A DNA stretch of 62,636 nt from positions 1 through 62,636 of the forward strand of contig JAXDQU010000042.1 in the NCBI GenBank assembly GCA_034667685.1. The letters are read 5' to 3'. Below, one piece after another: positions 1 through 9,524 of the stretch. This DNA comes from Thermoplasmata archaeon. Its GTDB lineage: Archaea; Thermoplasmatota; SW-10-69-26; JACQPN01; JAJPHT01. Both the position numbers and the translations under genes were made by a program. Position 1 is the stretch's first letter; the number at the start of each line of letters is the position of its first letter. The notes under the pieces were generated by a model, which worked only from the letters and a program-made list of their open reading frames with translations, did no database searches and was not told where the DNA came from.

Positions 1-63
1 CCCCCCCCCCACGCCGAAGACCAGCGCGCGGAACCTTGAAGCGGGGGAGGCCCCTCGGTTGGA

Positions 64-384
64 ATGATGCCCACGAAGGACGAGGTGCTCGCCGCCCTCA
101 AGGAGGTCTACGACCCCGAGATCCCGGTGAACATCGTGGACCTCGGCCTCGTCTACCGCGTCGAGTTCCCCACCGAGGACGTGGTGGACATCGACATGAC
201 GCTCACCGGCATGGGCTGCCCCGTCGGCCCCGCGATGGTCGAGATGGTCAAGCAGACCGCGCTCATGGTGCCCGGCGTGAAGGACGCCAAGGTCAACCTC
301 GTCTGGCGCCCCGCGTGGGATCCTCGCAAGGCGACCGAGGATGGCAAGGTCATGCTCTCCGCGATGGGCGTGCGCGTGGACTGA
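64..384 (+). CDS. Metal-sulfur cluster assembly factor (SufT/PaaD/DUF59 family)
   Basis: VYDPEIPVNIVDLGLVY, MTLTGMGCP and LVWRPAW motifs typical of DUF59. Confidence 0.93.
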   Translation: MMPTKDEVLAALKEVYDPEIPVNIVDLGLVYRVEFPTEDVVDIDMTLTGMGCPVGPAMVEMVKQTALMVPGVKDAKVNLVWRPAWDPRKATEDGKVMLSAMGVRVD

Positions 385-385
385 C

Positions 386-688
386 TCACTGCACGATGAT
401 GCAGGGCTGGCCGGTCTCGCGGGTGCAGAGCCCGTTCACGGTCGCGATGGTGAGGAACACCGCGCCGCAGGCGGCGCCCTCGCCCGTGATGACCGCGCCG
501 TTGACCGCGCCCGTGGCTCCGGCGTAGAGCAGGCCCGCGGGGCTCGTGGGCACGAAGGGGTTCGGCGGGAACGAGATCCCCCGGGGCGTGCAGGCGAAGC
601 GCGGCGCGGCGGCGTCGGGCCCGGACGCGGTGGCGACGGGCAGGACGAGCAGGAGGGCGGCGAGGACGCACAGGACGAGGGTTCGCAT
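386..688 (-). CDS. Small secreted Cys-containing protein
   Basis: Signal peptide MRTLVLCVLAALLLVLPVATA; 4 Cys in mature part; host-like codon usage. Confidence 0.7.
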   Translation of the reverse strand: MRTLVLCVLAALLLVLPVATASGPDAAAPRFACTPRGISFPPNPFVPTSPAGLLYAGATGAVNGAVITGEGAACGAVFLTIATVNGLCTRETGQPCIIVQ

Positions 689-775
689 GGGGAGGCCTTC
701 TGCCGCCGAGCGGGCGGCGCGCCCCAGAGGTCCTCGCAGGTGAAAAGCGTAACGGAGTTCACGATTATTCTCGAC

Positions 776-1474
776 TCAGCCCCGCACGTCCCGCTTGCGG
801 AACACCCGCCGGGGCGCCCCGCTCTTGGGCTCCTCCGACACGGCGTCGAACCCGTGCTCGCGCCCGTGGCGCGTGGCGACCGCCACCGCGATCGAGCCCG
901 CGAGCCCGCCGAGCGTGTCGAAGAGCAGGTCGAGCATCGTGTCCGTGTTGCCGTTCTGCTCCTGGGTGTGGAAGAAGGTGTCCATGCCGAACTCGAGGAT
1001 CTCCCAGAGGGCGCCCAGCGCGACGACCATCGCCCAGCAGTAGACGAAGACCTCCGCGGGCGTGACGCGGCGCCATTGCCAGATCCAGTCCGTCGATTGC
1101 GAGAGCGCGTAGAACGTGATGGCGATGGTGATCGGCTCGACGAAGTGCAGCACCTTGTCGTAGTGGACGAACCGCGCGTAGAAGCCCAGCGCGTGCCCGA
1201 TGACGTGGAGGACGAACATGCCCAGCACGGCGCACTCGGCGCCCTTGAGCGTGCGCGGGCGGCGCGTCGGGATGAACGCGAACGCGAGGCTGATGGCGAG
1301 GCCCAGCAACGCGGACGTCACCAGCAGGGGGCGCGTCGTGTACTGTGGCGTGACGGCGAGCGAGTACGCCGCGAGGGCCGCGAGCACGCCGCGCAGCGCC
1401 CACGCGATCCAGGCCTCCAGGTAGCCGAACTCGGGCGTGAGCGCCTCGCGCCACGCGGCGGGTCGCCAGGGCAT
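776..1474 (-). CDS. Multi-pass membrane protein (DUF2238/VanZ-like)
   Basis: YDKVLHF, LWEILEF and DTMLDLLFDTLG motifs; start moved to ATG of MPWRP. Confidence 0.8.
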   Translation of the reverse strand: MPWRPAAWREALTPEFGYLEAWIAWALRGVLAALAAYSLAVTPQYTTRPLLVTSALLGLAISLAFAFIPTRRPRTLKGAECAVLGMFVLHVIGHALGFYARFVHYDKVLHFVEPITIAITFYALSQSTDWIWQWRRVTPAEVFVYCWAMVVALGALWEILEFGMDTFFHTQEQNGNTDTMLDLLFDTLGGLAGSIAVAVATRHGREHGFDAVSEEPKSGAPRRVFRKRDVRG

Positions 1475-1577
1475 GACGACCAGCCGGCGCGCGGCGTCAT
1501 GGCGCCTCCCGCTGGCTCCTCGATGCGTCGAGCCTTGATCCACGAGGGCCATCCGGGACGAGGCGGGCGGCTCCATC

Positions 1578-2426
1578 ATGCGTTTCGTCGAAGGAGCGCG
1601 CCGCGAGCTGGCGCGCGCCTGGCCCTACGCGCTCGTCCTCGCGCTCGGCCTGGGCGCGGTCGTGGTCGTGGGCGCCAACATCTCCAACGCCTTCCCCTCG
1701 AAGGACCGGCCGTTCGGCTGGCCCGGCCCGGCGAGCTTCGAGAACGCGGTCGCGATGGTGCGGCCTGATATCGTTCTCGCGACCACGCTGCCCGCGCTGC
1801 TGCTGGGCGCCACCGCGCTGCGCGAGCGCGACGCGGGCTTCCTCCCGATCCTGGCCGTGGACGCCTCGCTGCTGCTCGTCGCGTCGTTCCTCGCCTCGTT
1901 CGTCGGCCTCCACGGCTCGTCGGGCGGCTATGCCGATGCGTTCGTGGCGTTCGCCTGCGCCACCGCGCTGCTGGCCGGCGCGTTCTGGGCGCTCGCGCTT
2001 CTCCTGGGCTCGCTGCTGCGGCGCCACGCCGTGCCCGCGAGCCTCGTCCTCTGGGTCGGGTTCGTCTCGATCTACGAGAACGCGACGCGCACCGCGCTCT
2101 TCCGCCAGGTCGGGTACGACGGCCTGACCGCCGGCCAGTTCCCCGCGTGGTTCTGGGTCTCGCAGGCGCTCTCGCCCCTGACCGCGTACCGCGGCGTGCT
2201 GATCCTCTGGCGCGGCGGCTTCATGGACTACCTGGAGAAGGCGGCGCTGGCCGGCGCCGACATGCCCGCGTGGATGAGCCCGCTGACCTTCGCGGGCGTC
2301 CTCGCGCTGTGGATCGCGCTTCCCGTGGCGGCGGCGGGCGCCGTGCTCTGGATCCGCCGCCGTCCGGCGGCCGCGGGCGCCAGCGCGGGGATAGGGCCAA
2401 GAACCCCTTCCGAAATGCAGCCGTGA
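1578..2426 (+). CDS. ABC-2/NosY-like transporter permease
   Basis: About 6 TM segments; 'ARRELAR' N-terminus; LSPLTAY motif. Confidence 0.7.
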   Translation: MRFVEGARRELARAWPYALVLALGLGAVVVVGANISNAFPSKDRPFGWPGPASFENAVAMVRPDIVLATTLPALLLGATALRERDAGFLPILAVDASLLLVASFLASFVGLHGSSGGYADAFVAFACATALLAGAFWALALLLGSLLRRHAVPASLVLWVGFVSIYENATRTALFRQVGYDGLTAGQFPAWFWVSQALSPLTAYRGVLILWRGGFMDYLEKAALAGADMPAWMSPLTFAGVLALWIALPVAAAGAVLWIRRRPAAAGASAGIGPRTPSEMQP

Positions 2427-2854
2427 TGAAGCGCAACGCATCGGCCCGCTGGTCCGGCTCCCTCAAGGAAGGCAAGGGCACGTTCTCGACGGAGAGCGGC
2501 AAGGTCAAGGACGTCGCCTACACGTGGTCGACGCGCTTCGGCGAGGAGAAGGGGACGAACCCCGAGGAGCTGATCGCGGCCGCGCACGCCTCGTGCTTCA
2601 GCATGGCCTTCTCCGCCGAGCTTGGAAAGCTGGGCATCACGCCGCAGGACGTCGAGACGCACGCCCAGGTCACGATGGAGAAGACCGACGCGGGCCAGAC
2701 GGTGACGCAGAGCCACCTGACCACGACGGTCCACGCGCCCGGCGCCGACCGCAACAAGGTCCACGAGGCCGCCGAGGCCGCGAGGAAGGGATGCCCGATC
2801 TCGCGCCTCCTCGCGCCCGGCCTCAAGATCAGCCTCGACCTCAAGGTGGCGTGA
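2426..2854 (+). CDS. osmC: OsmC family peroxiredoxin
   Basis: MKRNASARWSGSLKEGKG, GTNPEELIAAAHASCFSMA, CPISR; TGATG overlap with upstream gene. Confidence 0.95.
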   Translation: MKRNASARWSGSLKEGKGTFSTESGKVKDVAYTWSTRFGEEKGTNPEELIAAAHASCFSMAFSAELGKLGITPQDVETHAQVTMEKTDAGQTVTQSHLTTTVHAPGADRNKVHEAAEAARKGCPISRLLAPGLKISLDLKVA

Positions 2855-3345
2855 GCCTCGTGCTGGACGTCGGCGAGAAGGTCCCGGACTTCGAGCTGCC
2901 CGTTGGCCGCGCCGACCTCCACCGCGAGAGGGTCAAGCTCTCCGACGCGCTCGCCAAGGGCCCGGTCGTCATCTCGTTCTACCCGCTCGCGTTCACGAAG
3001 ACGTGCACGCAGCAGATGTGCGACGCGCGCGACCACATGGGCTCGCTCTCGCGGCTGAGCGCGACGATCTTCGGATTCTCGATCGACACGCCGCACAGCA
3101 ACGCGCACTTCGCCAAGGAGCAGGGGCTCAACTTCCCGATCCTCTCCGACCCCAACCGCGAGGTCGTGGACGCGATCTGGGCGACCGAGGACGTCATCGG
3201 CGTCAAGCGCGTCGCCAAGCGCGGCTGGATGCTGATCGCGCCCGACGGCACGGTGGCCGAGAAGTGGGTCGCGGACCACGCCGGCCACTGGCTGGGCAAC
3301 GGCCCGATCGAGGCGGCGCTGGAGAAGCTGGCCGCGCGGGCGTGA
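2851..3345 (+). CDS. Peroxiredoxin (AhpC/TSA, Bcp/AhpE-like)
   Basis: VGEKVPDFEL, FYPLAFTKTCTQQMC, FPILSD; GTGA overlap with osmC. Confidence 0.92.
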   Translation: MSLVLDVGEKVPDFELPVGRADLHRERVKLSDALAKGPVVISFYPLAFTKTCTQQMCDARDHMGSLSRLSATIFGFSIDTPHSNAHFAKEQGLNFPILSDPNREVVDAIWATEDVIGVKRVAKRGWMLIAPDGTVAEKWVADHAGHWLGNGPIEAALEKLAARA

Positions 3346-3661
3346 GACCATCGGGCCCGAAGCGAACGTCCTCACCGACCGCGCGGGGCGCATCCTCGCG
3401 TGGGACGCGGGCGCCGAGTCGCTCTACAGCCATCCGGCCGGCGAGATCGTGGGCCGCACCATCTGGCTCCTCGCGCCCACCGCGCGCTCCGCCGAGATCG
3501 CGGCCGCCTGGTCGCGCGTCGTCGCGGGCGAGACGATCGCGTACGAGGCCGAGCACCTCGCGAAGGGAGGCTGGCGCGTGCGCGTGACGGGAAGCGCGGA
3601 GCCCGAGCGCGACGAGGCGGGCCGCGTCGTGGGCGTGCGCGGGCGCATGCGTCGCGCGTGA
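3344..3661 (+). CDS. Stand-alone PAS domain (no canonical in-frame start before 3449)
   Basis: Frame from 3344 reads TDRAGRILAWDAGAESLY..EIVGRTI..RDEAGRVVG, a complete PAS/PAC pattern. Confidence 0.7.
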   Translation, partial: ETIGPEANVLTDRAGRILAWDAGAESLYSHPAGEIVGRTIWLLAPTARSAEIAAAWSRVVAGETIAYEAEHLAKGGWRVRVTGSAEPERDEAGRVVGVRGRMRRA

Positions 3662-3680
3662 AGGCAGGACCGCGAGCCTT

Positions 3681-4535
3681 TCATCCCTCCAGGTTCGTCC
3701 CCGCGCCGACGCGGCCGACGTACACCTGCGCGCTCTCCGACCGGGCCGGACCGTCCGTCGCGTAGGCCACGATGGGGAGCCCCCTGAGAAGCCGGATCTC
3801 CAGCAGGTCGCCCAGCGTGCGGTCCGAGGCGCCCGGCGCGCATCCGGCGCCCGAGGTGCAGACGGCGCCGACGTGCGCGGGCGTGGTCGTGAGCGTCGCG
3901 TGGGCCCACGCGGGCGCCGTCGCGTCGGCGTCCGTCGACTCCGCGAGGCGCACGTCCCAGAGGTTCGGCGAGCCCGGGCCGAGGTCCGCGACGCGCGCCT
4001 CGTACCAGGCCAGCGCGAGACGGCCCGCGGCGCCCGCGACGATGGCCGGCAGGAGGGCCGCGTGGCCCGGCGTGGAGATGGCCTGCGGCGCGCTCCACGT
4101 CACGCCATCGTCGAGGCTGCGCGCGAGCTTCACCGAGGGCACGTCGCCGGAGGACCACGCGACGTAGAGGGCGCCTGCCGCGTCGTAGGCCGCGACCGGG
4201 AAGATGAGCGTCTGCCCCCCGGCGTCGGCGATCGGGAAGGTCGTGACGCTGCCGTTCGCGGCGCGCACGACCTGGATCGTCCTGCTCCCGGTGGGAAGGA
4301 GCGCACGGGCCAGCGTGCCGTTCGTGGGGCTCTCCACGAGGGGACCGCCCCAGCCGCCCCCCGAGAGCCGGGTCGCCTCGCCCCACGTGGCCCCGCCGTC
4401 GGGCGAGGCGCGCATCTTCACGGACTTGTCGGCGAGGTCCCACCAGACCACGCGGAGGCCGCCGTCCCGCGTCGCCGTGATCCACTCGCGGTCGGGGCTG
4501 CCGTTCGTCGCGGCGTTGAACGGCGCGCTCCACGT
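3681..4535 (-). pseudogene. 5'-truncated BNR/Asp-box (sialidase-like) beta-propeller gene
   Basis: Asp boxes SPDGGATW and SLDDGVTW; 5'-most 'TWS' lacks its SxDxG; no signal peptide; cut next to the integrase module. Confidence 0.75.
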
Positions 4536-4646
4536 AACTCGCCGGTGGCATGGGCCAGCCGAGGGCCAATCTCGGGTCACGCCGGGGCCCTCTCAGGGCT
4601 GGTGACGAACTTGTCAAGTACCCAGGGAAGAAGCAAGGCACAGTCC

Positions 4647-5360
4647 ATGGTCGGACGGGCGAGTCGCCCATGGGAAGAAGAAGGCTCCGGGGGGGTCAAG
4701 GACCAGCGCTCGCGCATCCGGTGGACGAACCCGGCGCACCGCGAGCTGGTGCTCAAGGCGGCCGCCGAGCACGGCCAGAAGGACTCGGTTTTCATGGAGA
4801 CCCTGGTTCTGGCCTGGTTCGATCCGTTCCACTTCAGCCGCATGATCCGCTGGCTGTACCCCAATGGGCATCCGGCGTTCGAGGCGCCCGGGCGCAACGG
4901 TGCCTCGCCGGAGGTTGAGCTTGAAATGGAGGACCTTCGGGCCGACCTCGAGGCCGCACGGCGCGAGCGCGACGAGGCGCAGGGCAGGGCCGCCGCGTTG
5001 GCGGCGGAACTGGAGAAGAGCCAGAAGGCCGAACGTGAGGCGATCGCTCGTTTGGCAGCCCTGGCAGCTGCCCAGGGTCGCGTGGCGGCGAGCCTGGACG
5101 GTCAGGACGATGACGGGCAGGTGGTCACCGAGTATCCGCGCATCGTCACGATCGCGGAGCGCCTCCTGACCGAGCGCAAGGGGTCGCGCTCGGGACGGGG
5201 CTTCGAGACGGAGATCACGGAGCAGGCATTGCTGGAGGCCGCCCAGAAGGAAGGGCTCGACAAGGCCCAGACCTACGCTCAGCTGCGCGTGGCCGAGTCT
5301 ATCGGCCTCCTGCGGCGCGTAGGCTCGCGCTACTACGTCCAAAAGGAGGCGAGGGCCTGA
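4647..5360 (+). CDS. Putative DNA-binding regulator/excisionase-like protein (RHH-like N-terminus, coiled coil, wHTH-like C-terminus)
   Basis: RSRIRW-helix-helix pattern; heptad region LEMEDLRADLEAARRERDE; TGATG coupling to integrase. Confidence 0.6.
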   Translation: MVGRASRPWEEEGSGGVKDQRSRIRWTNPAHRELVLKAAAEHGQKDSVFMETLVLAWFDPFHFSRMIRWLYPNGHPAFEAPGRNGASPEVELEMEDLRADLEAARRERDEAQGRAAALAAELEKSQKAEREAIARLAALAAAQGRVAASLDGQDDDGQVVTEYPRIVTIAERLLTERKGSRSGRGFETEITEQALLEAAQKEGLDKAQTYAQLRVAESIGLLRRVGSRYYVQKEARA

Positions 5361-6703
5361 TGCCTCCCGAGGCACCAGCGCGCCGAGATGGCGTGCGGAG
5401 GCTGATCCTGGGGCCCCCGCGGCCCTTGCCGCCTCATCCTGCGGTGGCGGCGCCCTCCGACAGCTACGAGGGCACGATCCAGGGCATCGAAAACGTGCTG
5501 CGCGCCAAGACGCCGCACACCCGGCCCGAGACCCTCATCGAGGGCTGGAGGCGCGACTACTCGACGCGCTTGGCGCCGGGCGCCGCGGACAACCCCGAGC
5601 ACGTCGCGAAGGGATACGAGTACCGGATCGAGCGCTTCTTGGAATGGTGCGCAGCGGTCGGCCTCCATCCCCTGCACGCAGGGTACGCGGAAATGCGCGC
5701 CTACCGCGACTACCTGCGTGACTCGCCTGTCATGATCCTCGGAGCGGGCGGCGTGCTGCGCGACGCGCCGAACCTCAAGCTGCGCACGGTCGTGACGCAC
5801 CTGGTCGCGCTGACGCACTTCTACGATTACATCGTGGACGTGCTCGGGCTGAAGCTGCGCAACCCGGCGCGGCCGATGTTGAGCGAGACCAAGGACCTGC
5901 TCGACCATCAGCCCGTCCGGTCGCGTCGCCGCGCGCCGACAGTCCCCGAGTTCCAGAGCATTCTCCGGCACACGCCGGGCCTGCGCGAGATCGCCGGCTT
6001 CACGGTCGACGCGCTCACCAGCGCGCGCAGCACGGAGTTCCGCTGGATCAAGGATGCGGACTTCTACATCGACGAGCGCTGGCTGCGCCTCACACCACTG
6101 CCCAAGGGCAAGCGGGTCCGCCCCTCGTGGGATCGACGCGACGCGCCGAAGCCCATCGACAACAGCTTCTGGGTCCCCTTGACGAAGGAAGCCGCATGGG
6201 TGGCCGAGCAGTGGATCGAGGCGAAGCAGGACTACCGCGAGTACCGCCGCTCGCCCTTCTTCTACCCGCCCCAAGAGCGCAAGGACCGCGCGCTCGACAA
6301 GCCGATCAGCGACACGGCGCTCAATGAGGCGTACAAGGACTGCGTCCGAAGGGCGGATGACGTCAAGGTGGACTGGGAGGACCCCGCCGACGCGCTGGTG
6401 TTCCACGGCCTGCGCCACCTGACCACCGACGCGCTGGAGAACGCCACGCGCGGCGAGGATGGTGAGGCGCGCTACAAAGACATGATCGACCTGCTCCGCG
6501 GCGACAGCGACCTCTCAAAGAGGAGCGCGAACACCTACAAGCACATCAAGCCCCACGACCTGCAGGCGTTCGTGGACGAGTTCTCGCCCACCTACGGGGC
6601 ACGCGAGATCCTCACGGGCTTCCGCCTCAAGCAGAAGCGCGCGCAGACGATGAGCGACCTCATCCTGGGTTCAACCAAGGGGCCAGCGCGCCGGGTCGCG
6701 TAG
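5360..6703 (+). CDS. Tyrosine recombinase/integrase
   Basis: TSARSTE (R), PKGK (K), FHGLRH (HxxR), LLRGD, NTYKH (Y); SAM-like N-terminal domain. Confidence 0.92.
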   Translation: MPPEAPARRDGVRRLILGPPRPLPPHPAVAAPSDSYEGTIQGIENVLRAKTPHTRPETLIEGWRRDYSTRLAPGAADNPEHVAKGYEYRIERFLEWCAAVGLHPLHAGYAEMRAYRDYLRDSPVMILGAGGVLRDAPNLKLRTVVTHLVALTHFYDYIVDVLGLKLRNPARPMLSETKDLLDHQPVRSRRRAPTVPEFQSILRHTPGLREIAGFTVDALTSARSTEFRWIKDADFYIDERWLRLTPLPKGKRVRPSWDRRDAPKPIDNSFWVPLTKEAAWVAEQWIEAKQDYREYRRSPFFYPPQERKDRALDKPISDTALNEAYKDCVRRADDVKVDWEDPADALVFHGLRHLTTDALENATRGEDGEARYKDMIDLLRGDSDLSKRSANTYKHIKPHDLQAFVDEFSPTYGAREILTGFRLKQKRAQTMSDLILGSTKGPARRVA

Positions 6704-7006
6704 TGGCTGGCGAGGCGCCGTTGGCGAGGATTTCCGTCCAAAGCCATCGCCGCGAGCATTGTGCTGGCACTGCGACAACTCACGCTGCCGGGCACCTTGT
6801 TGGAAGTTGGGACGCGCCCTTTCCGCTTGCACTTCCGCCGCGGGCCATGACGCCGCGCGATCACCGTTTTTCGGTGACGCGGGTCGGCGGGCCGAACTCG
6901 GCAATGAGGCCGGCGAGCACTTTCTCGAATTGTCCGGTGTGCGCGCCCAGGACAAGGCCCGCGGGAAGATCACGGGAGGGGGCCCAGAGTGCCCATTTGT
7001 ACGGCT

Positions 7007-7387
7007 TCATGCGGAAGGATCCTCACGGGAAGTAGGGCGCGCGATCCGATCGTCCGCCTGGGCCTCGAACTGCACGCCGAAGTCGAGGTCCAGGTTCATT
7101 GCGACCGCCGCGAGGCTGCGCCGCAGTCTCCCCGCGCTCGTGCCCGCGGCCCGTGCGGCATCTTCCTGAGAGAGGGTTTCAGCGCGGGAGAGGCGCGAGG
7201 CGCCATAGGCAAGTGCGGCGGCTAGCGGCGGGACCCGCCAGTCCTCGGGCCAGGGGCCGCGCGCTTCGAGCTCGGCCAGGATCAAGCTGGCCAGCTCGAA
7301 GGTCTCGCGGCTCAGGGCGAGTTGGCGGCAGGTAGCCACGAGGGCGTCGCCGACATCGCGGGCCCGTTCGTTCCCCACAGTTGTCAC
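7007..7387 (-). CDS. Single cyclin-fold protein resembling the C-terminal repeat of TFB
   Basis: PPLAAALAYGASRL..LSQEDAARAAGTSAGRLRR matches TFB P.xlAAAalY.A...tQ.evA.aagvt..tir. Confidence 0.7.
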   Translation of the reverse strand: MTTVGNERARDVGDALVATCRQLALSRETFELASLILAELEARGPWPEDWRVPPLAAALAYGASRLSRAETLSQEDAARAAGTSAGRLRRSLAAVAMNLDLDFGVQFEAQADDRIARPTSREDPSA

Positions 7388-7607
7388 GTCTCCGAATGGG
7401 AGGCGCGCACGCGTCGGGCGTCTTGCCGTGCGGGTGTGCTACGCGGTGAGCCGCGGGGTGACCAAGAGGCTGGGAAGCCATGCGTCCGAGGCTGGAAGGC
7501 CGCGCGTGCGCGCCGAAGCGCCAATTTGCGACCGGGAGACTTTCAAGAGTTCGTTGCCGCCGTCGCGCGGCTTGCCGGCCACGCCAGGTCCACACCATTA
7601 TGCTTCG

Positions 7608-9386
7608 CTACTGGCTGGTCAGCCAAGGATCGTATTGCACGTCGCCAGTTGTCGCATCGCCAGTTCCGCGTGGGTTGCTTGACGACGTGGGACCCGTGGC
7701 GTTTCCCCACCATGCGTTGCGCGCGTCGACGGGATGGGGCAGCGAGTCGGGAGCCTGGAGGCCCCATTGAGAGTTCTGGATGAAGGCTGATCCCGGCGTC
7801 GCCAGCATGCCGCAGCCTGGGGCGGCTTGGAGTCCGATGGCGTTGAGTTGGAATGTCGCGTTCGAGAAGGTAGCGTCGGGGCAATCGGGATCGCCGCTCG
7901 CGTCGTAATCGAAGCCGACCAGGGACGCGCCCGTGAACGTGCTGTCGCGGATGGATACGGGGCCACTGCCATGAACGACAAGTTGTGTCCCCGAGTTCCC
8001 GCCCGTGACGACCACTGAGCGGAGCGCGACCGGGCCATCGAGGCTCAAGGCAAGTGCCGTCGTGCAGAGGTCGAACACGCAGAAGGGGGTATTGCTGGCC
8101 CAGGTCGAGACATTGACACGATCAAGGGATACGTCTTCACCGTGCACGTCGAGGGGCACGTCGAACCGAGAATCCTCGATCGAGAGCCCGTGGACGTCGT
8201 CGAGGTTCACGTTGAGCGCAATATTCTCGACGTGCATGTGTCGAAGGGTGACGTTCCAGAGGTTGACGCCATCGAGCCAAGCGACACCCTCGCCCTCGAT
8301 TACTTGGTCCCGCAGCCCTTGGAGCTGGTAGATTGCCTTGCCCTCGAAGGTGTTCGTGGTGCCCAGTTGCGTCGAGCGGTCTGTGTAGAAAAGGACGTAT
8401 TGGCAACCGCTGAACTCGTTCCTCTCCAGTGTCTCCCCGGGGACGCTCAGACGCCCGCACTCGTCATGCCCTGCAATCCGGTTGTCACGGATGTCCACTG
8501 GAATCTCGCCCTGCCAGAAGGACCACGTGCTCGTGTCGATTCCACGGAAGGTGCTCGTGAACGTGTTGTTGGCGACGATGACGCTCGCGTCGGGCGCGTC
8601 GGCTGGGCTGGAAGTGGTCAGCCAGAAGCCGACCCAAGCCTTGGTTGGGCCTCCGTCGAGCGTGTTGTTCTCGACATGGTTCTCACCGACGGGCAGGTGC
8701 AGATGGATTAGGGAGGATCCTGTGTTGTAGGCGTAGATCGTCCCCGTGTTCCCCAGGATATTCGCCTGGGATCTCTCCACGGAGACGATGGCGTCTGGGC
8801 CGCCGACAAACGAATTGTTCCTCACGAAGATATCGCGACTCGCTTCAGGCTGGATTGGTCCCAGGAAGCTGTTGACGTACTCGCCAGTTCGGTGGTCCGT
8901 TACCTCGACGGCGCCGCGCGTGCCCCCGACGCCAACGAACTCGTTCTCCGCAACAACGACATTGGAGGAAGAAACGACGGCGACGCCCGGAACTGTGATG
9001 TTGAGCGCCAAGGGCGGCAGTTGGTCGATTGGCACTGATTCGGAGAGGAACGTGTTGTGCCGAACGACGACATAGGCATGGCTGTGGTCGAAGAGCAAGG
9101 GCGCGAGGTCGTCCTCTCCCACAGTGGGATACGAGACGGCTTCGGCGCCTGGCACGAGGAACGTCCAACCTTCGACGATGAAGGGGCTTTCCTCCGTTCC
9201 GTCCCCTTGGACACCATTCAGGGCGCCGGTAGGGGGTGTCGGAGCAAGATCCGAGAAGCGGATCGGAGCATGGACAGGCCGCGGCTCATTTGTGGGGGGG
9301 ACCCGCAGATCCGCCAAGCCCACCGGCAGGGTCGCCACCAGAAAAAGCAGCACGAGGACTCCGGCTTTCCAAGCCGCCTGTCGCAT
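7608..9386 (-). CDS. Secreted right-handed beta-helix (NosD/CASH-like) protein
   Basis: Signal peptide; HAPIR..GDGTEESPFIVEGW; repeated V.NNTF; C-terminal DARNAWWG..GP..GDVQYDPWL. Confidence 0.85.
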   Translation of the reverse strand: MRQAAWKAGVLVLLFLVATLPVGLADLRVPPTNEPRPVHAPIRFSDLAPTPPTGALNGVQGDGTEESPFIVEGWTFLVPGAEAVSYPTVGEDDLAPLLFDHSHAYVVVRHNTFLSESVPIDQLPPLALNITVPGVAVVSSSNVVVAENEFVGVGGTRGAVEVTDHRTGEYVNSFLGPIQPEASRDIFVRNNSFVGGPDAIVSVERSQANILGNTGTIYAYNTGSSLIHLHLPVGENHVENNTLDGGPTKAWVGFWLTTSSPADAPDASVIVANNTFTSTFRGIDTSTWSFWQGEIPVDIRDNRIAGHDECGRLSVPGETLERNEFSGCQYVLFYTDRSTQLGTTNTFEGKAIYQLQGLRDQVIEGEGVAWLDGVNLWNVTLRHMHVENIALNVNLDDVHGLSIEDSRFDVPLDVHGEDVSLDRVNVSTWASNTPFCVFDLCTTALALSLDGPVALRSVVVTGGNSGTQLVVHGSGPVSIRDSTFTGASLVGFDYDASGDPDCPDATFSNATFQLNAIGLQAAPGCGMLATPGSAFIQNSQWGLQAPDSLPHPVDARNAWWGNATGPTSSSNPRGTGDATTGDVQYDPWLTSQ

Positions 9387-9524
9387 GTTTCCGCCAGGGC
9401 CACGGGGATCATAAATTCATGTATTGACCCAGACGGAGTGAACTGGCAAGGCGGTCATTGGGTTGGCGAAGACGAGCGAAAGGGGCAGACCCACCGGCTC
9501 TCGATGTGATCGATCTGAGGCACT

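Noticed and set aside
1-10. C10 run at the window start
   Set aside because: At the edge with no context; cannot tell a real tract from an artefact.
4533-4538. CGTAAC at the island junction matches the reverse complement of the hairpin loop (GTTACG)
   Set aside because: Only 6 bp and on the opposite strand; expected by chance, so not evidence for Rep-mediated insertion.
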